Positions 60,213 to 64,000 of a stretch of 64,000 nt of DNA are shown here, one piece after another. The notes under the pieces were generated by a model. That model searched no databases and was not told where the DNA came from. It saw only the letters and a list, made by a program, of their open reading frames with translations. Position 1 is the stretch's first letter. The number at the start of each line of letters is the position of its first letter. Origin of the DNA: Mustelus asterias (Eukaryota); assembly GCF_964213995.1 (NCBI RefSeq), contig NW_027590141.1, positions 496,001 through 560,000 of the forward strand, read 5' to 3'. The position numbers were made by a program, and so were the translations under genes.

Positions 60213-60474
60213 TAGTCATGATAGACAATACACATCTTTTTAGCCTGTCTTGATGCTCTCTCCACTCACATTGTTTTGTTTCTTAAAGACTTGATTAGTT
60301 GTAAGTATTCGCATTCCTACCATTATTCATGTAAATTGAGTCTGTGTCTTTATAAGCTCTGTTTGTGAACAGAATTCCCACTCACCTGAAGAAGGGGCTA
60401 AGAGCTCCGAAAGCTTGTGTGGCTTTTGCTACCAAATAAACCTGTTGGACTTTAACCTGGTGTTGTTAAACTTA
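60213..60474 (+). mobile_element. Penelope mini-insert with a 12-bp TSD (1 mismatch)
   Basis: tcctgtcctgga at 60201 and tcctgccctgga at 60475. Confidence 0.85.
60378..60422 (+). ncRNA. Minimal hammerhead ribozyme motif
   Basis: CCACUCAC CUGAAGA A GGGGC uaaga GCUCC GAAA GC UU GUGUGG; palindromic AAGCUU in stem III. Confidence 0.65.
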
Positions 60475-60669
60475 TCCTGCCCTGGACACAGAGAGCTGGA
60501 AATCTCCATGCAGGCTGCCAGACAGATATATGTCTATCTGACTGGACTAACAATGTGTGGAATGTACAGACTGGATTCACTTCCTTTCCCTTCAGTTGCT
60601 GCAAGTCCCCAATTTCCCCCAGAATGAGAAAAGAAATGGAAAGGGGGAGAAAGGAAAGTGTTTTACTCA

Positions 60670-61134
60670 CAGAGATTGGCGACAGGAGGAAGTTTCCACT
60701 CCCCCAAGGTCAGGGGGTGGGATCTCCGCCGCGCGGACCCGGGAGCCCCGCCCCCACCCATTGTTCACCTCCTCGAGCCAAGGTTTCCAGGCAACCGGCT
60801 GGCGGCTCCGGACAGAGCGAGAAGCCGCTCGGTGATCTCCCCTTCCCCCCGGCCCCTGACTGCGCATGTCCAAGGGAGAGGGGAAGCTGCGCATGTGCGG
60901 TGGAGTGCCCACCCCCTGACCTGTCTGCTGAGGTGTTGACCAATGGGGGAGTTGGAGGACCTGAAGGACTCTGGTCCTCCAGCCAATCAGAGCTCCCCCA
61001 TTGTCTGAATGCGGAAGTGGACAATGAGCTTGTTCAGCAGCTCATTCCTGCCCAGCAAAGCTGCTGCTCTCTCTCTCTGAATGAAGATTGAGCTTCAGAC
61101 AGACTCAAACTTCCTCCTGTCTCTCCAACATCTG
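60670..61134. promoter_or_regulatory. Bidirectional CpG promoter P8 with two divergent first exons
   Basis: TGCGCATG twice, CCAAT at 60940 and 60983, ETS GCGGAAGT at 61011; donors gtgagtaaaa at 61134 (plus) and about 60670 (minus). Confidence 0.8.
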
Positions 61135-61946
61135 TGAGTAAAACACTTTCTTTTCTCTCCCTTTCCATTTCTTTTCTCATTCTGGAGTAATTTTTAACTT
61201 CCAGGTCACCACTCGCTGCCTAAATGCAGATCTTCCTCACATTCTTCATGTATCTGTATCCAGGTAATACAGTGTATTACACACATCATCAGCCTGCTTT
61301 ATGTCCAAATGTAAAACTTTAATGTGACTGTCAGCTTGAAGATTTTCAGCTCTCTGCGTCCAGGACAGGAAGCAGTGAGCATGGATCTGTCAATCAGCCT
61401 CAATCAGCAACGACAGGAGAATTGAGAGGGTGAATATTAGATACAGCAGAGTGAGAATGGAGGGAGTGTGTGGGATGGAGACTTACAGCTTTTGAAGAAT
61501 GAGAGAGGAAAGAATATTCCATAGAAACTAGAATTGTCTGTTCTGAATTTCTATCCTGTATTGAAATGATGAATTTTGTTAACTCCTTTTACAGGATATC
61601 AGAAGGTGAGGATTTTATAGACAGAAATCTCGAATCAAACATCACGTCAACATCTGACAAACTCACTTAATTCATCAGAACCTGAATGCTATCGGCCTTT
61701 GAACCCAGAAGAAGAAATGTTTCTCTGTTCTGCCTGGTGTAGCAGTCTTTAAACATCAGTGTGACTGGAACAGGACTGACACACACACAATCAACTAAGA
61801 TTTTCCCGTGCATTGACTGTGGAAAGAGCTTCACAGTTACACAGCTGTAAACAATATTGTACCATCACAGCAGGGCACCATAATATCGTTCCGTGTGAGA
61901 CTTCAACTGATGGTCAAACCTGGAGCAACACAAGGATACCTGCACC

Positions 61947-62789
61947 ATGGAGAAACCGTGGAAATGTGGGGACTGTGGGAAGGGTTGCAAAACCCCCTCT
62001 GAGCTGCAAACCCATCGACGTATTCACACTGGAGAGAAGCCGTACACCTGTTCTGTGTGTGGGAAGGGATTCACTCGGTTATATCATCTGCAGCGACATC
62101 GGCTGGTTCACACTGGAGAAAGAGCATTCATCTGCTTTGAGTGTGGGAACGGATTCGCTCATTTACCCGATCTGCAGAGACACCAGCGCGTTCACACTGG
62201 AGAGAGACCATTCATCTGCTTGGTGTGTGGGAAAGGATTTATGCAGTTATCCAACCTGTCGAAACACAAAGTCACTCACAGCAATGAGAGACCCTTTAAA
62301 TGCTCTGACTGTGGAAGTGGTTTCAAAAGCTCTCGGGAACTGATGATCCACCAGCGCATTCACACTGGGGAGAGACCGTTCAGCTGCTCTCACTGCACAA
62401 AGACATTTAGAACGTTATCTCACCTGCGGGAGCACCAGCGAATTCACACCAGGGAGAGACCGTTCACCTGCTCTGTGTGTGGGAAGGGATTCACTCATTC
62501 ATCCAGCCTGCTGAGTCACAATCTCACTCACACCCAGGAGAGACCCTTTAAATGCTCTGACTGTGGAAGTAGTTTCAAACGTTCTGGGGATCTGATGATC
62601 CACCAGCGCATTCACACTGAGGAGAGACCATTCAGCTGCTCTCACTGCACAAAGAGATTTAGAACGTCATCCAACCTGCAGGAACACCAGCGAGTTCACA
62701 CTGGGGAGAGACCGTTCACTTGCTGTGTGTGTGGGAAGGGATTCACTCAGTCATCCAGCCTGCGGAGACACCAGCGAGTTCACAAGTGA
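61947..62789 (+). CDS. C2H2 zinc-finger gene, 10 fingers, intact
   Basis: ACCATGG start; predicted exons end at 61133, span 61364-61429 and start at 61595. Confidence 0.92.
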   Translation: MEKPWKCGDCGKGCKTPSELQTHRRIHTGEKPYTCSVCGKGFTRLYHLQRHRLVHTGERAFICFECGNGFAHLPDLQRHQRVHTGERPFICLVCGKGFMQLSNLSKHKVTHSNERPFKCSDCGSGFKSSRELMIHQRIHTGERPFSCSHCTKTFRTLSHLREHQRIHTRERPFTCSVCGKGFTHSSSLLSHNLTHTQERPFKCSDCGSSFKRSGDLMIHQRIHTEERPFSCSHCTKRFRTSSNLQEHQRVHTGERPFTCCVCGKGFTQSSSLRRHQRVHK

Positions 62790-63196
62790 TGACAGAGGTT
62801 GGATTCTGCTGGTATTGCTGCTGTTAATCACATCCAGGACTGAACCATGTTCATTCTGACAGTTGGTGAAGTGGGAGGGTCGGAGGGTTTCTTTTTGCTG
62901 GATTGGCCGGTCTCACAACTTTTCTTCCAGTGGGCTGATGCTCTTTGAGCCTGGGAGAGCACATTTCCACTGAAATGATCCACTAAAGCTGATGAAGGAC
63001 ATTTATTTTATCCTGGATAGTAAATAGTGTTTTTCCCCCCACTACAGGTAGATCTGAAATAAATACAGAAAGAACTGGAAAAATGCAGCAGCTCTGGCAG
63101 CATCTGTGGAGAGAGAAACAGAGTTAACATTTCACACTACTGGATGGGAGTCAATCTAGTAAACCTCCTCTGAACTGCTTCCATGGTATTTATAAA

Positions 63197-63530
63197 ATGG
63201 GGCAGCACGGTGGCACAGTGGTTAGCACTGCTGCCTCACAGCGCCACGGACCCAGGTTCAATTCCTGGGTCCCTGGTCCGATTCACTATCTGTGTGGAGT
63301 TTGGACATTCTCCCCGTGTCTTCGTGGGTTTCCTGCGGGTGCTCCGGTTTCCTCCCACGGTCCAAAGATGTGCGGGTTAGGTTGATTGGCTATGCTAAAA
63401 TTGACCCTTGTGTGAGGGGGATTAGCAGGGTAAATGTGTGGGGTTATGGGAATAGGGCCTGGGTGGGATGGTGTTTGGTACAGACTCAATGGGCAGAACG
63501 GCCTCCGTCTGTGCTGCAGGGATTCTACGA
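63197..63530 (+). mobile_element. Full-length HE1-like SINE
   Basis: GGCAGCACGGTGGCACAGTGG head, B box, V-domain and tail. Confidence 0.92.
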
Positions 63531-63904
63531 TCCTTTGTTTAATTGGAGACAAAACTGCACCCAGTGTTCAAGATGCAGTTTCAGCAATGCCCTGTATAAC
63601 TGAAGCAGAACATCTTTACTTCTGTGTTCAATTTCTCTCAGAATAAAGGACAGCATTCCATTTGTGAGAACTTTGATTTATTTGAACTAAGATTTATGAG
63701 GTTCTCTTGTTTACAATAACTCCATAACTGTAAATCACACCAGGTTCCAGTGACTTAACCATGTGGCTGGAAAGAATACTTTAAACGGTGAATTCAGGAA
63801 GTTTATTAACCATTAGAAATGTCACAAGTCAGAAAGATAAAAAAGCAAAGTATCAATTAACAGTAAAAGGAGAAAGTTTAGCTTTAACAATTGAACATAT
63901 GAAC

Positions 63905-64000
63905 TTCTGAAAGGTTATGGGGAGAAGCAGGAACATGGGGATGAGAAGCATATCAGCCATGAACGAATGACGGAGCAGACTCGATGGGCTGAATGGCCTC
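63905..64000 (+). mobile_element. CR1 3' tail (runs off the window)
   Basis: aaaggttatggggagaag...tcagccatga..gactcgatgggctgaatggcct. Confidence 0.65.

Overview
This is eukaryotic vertebrate DNA, most likely shark. The evidence is HE1/V-SINE-like tRNA SINEs, HER1/CR1-like LINEs and C2H2 genes with no KRAB domain. The supplied ORF track uses bacterial start rules, so its GTG/TTG starts should be discounted. The window is a dense cluster of about 12 C2H2 zinc-finger genes, pseudogenes and fragments on both strands, all built from one reusable cassette: a CpG-island promoter (NRF1/CCAAT/GC-box/YY1 motifs), short 5' exon(s), a conserved intron and acceptor, fossil fingers in the 5'UTR, a single zinc-finger coding exon and a conserved 3' module. 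Between the genes lie many CR1, Rex1, RTE, L2 and Penelope fragments, SINEs and LTR remnants. The main observations are: an in-frame peptide kept after the stop codons of most paralogs; start codons born inside a finger linker; five near-identical tandem fingers; a Penelope GIY-YIG fragment joined out of frame to a 7-finger array; hammerhead ribozyme motifs in Penelope mini-inserts with target-site duplications (TSDs); a 28-bp CRE+TEAD-motif minisatellite next to a promoter; and a mirror-image gene pair around one bidirectional promoter. All coordinates were counted by eye, element boundaries are approximate, and no database search was run.
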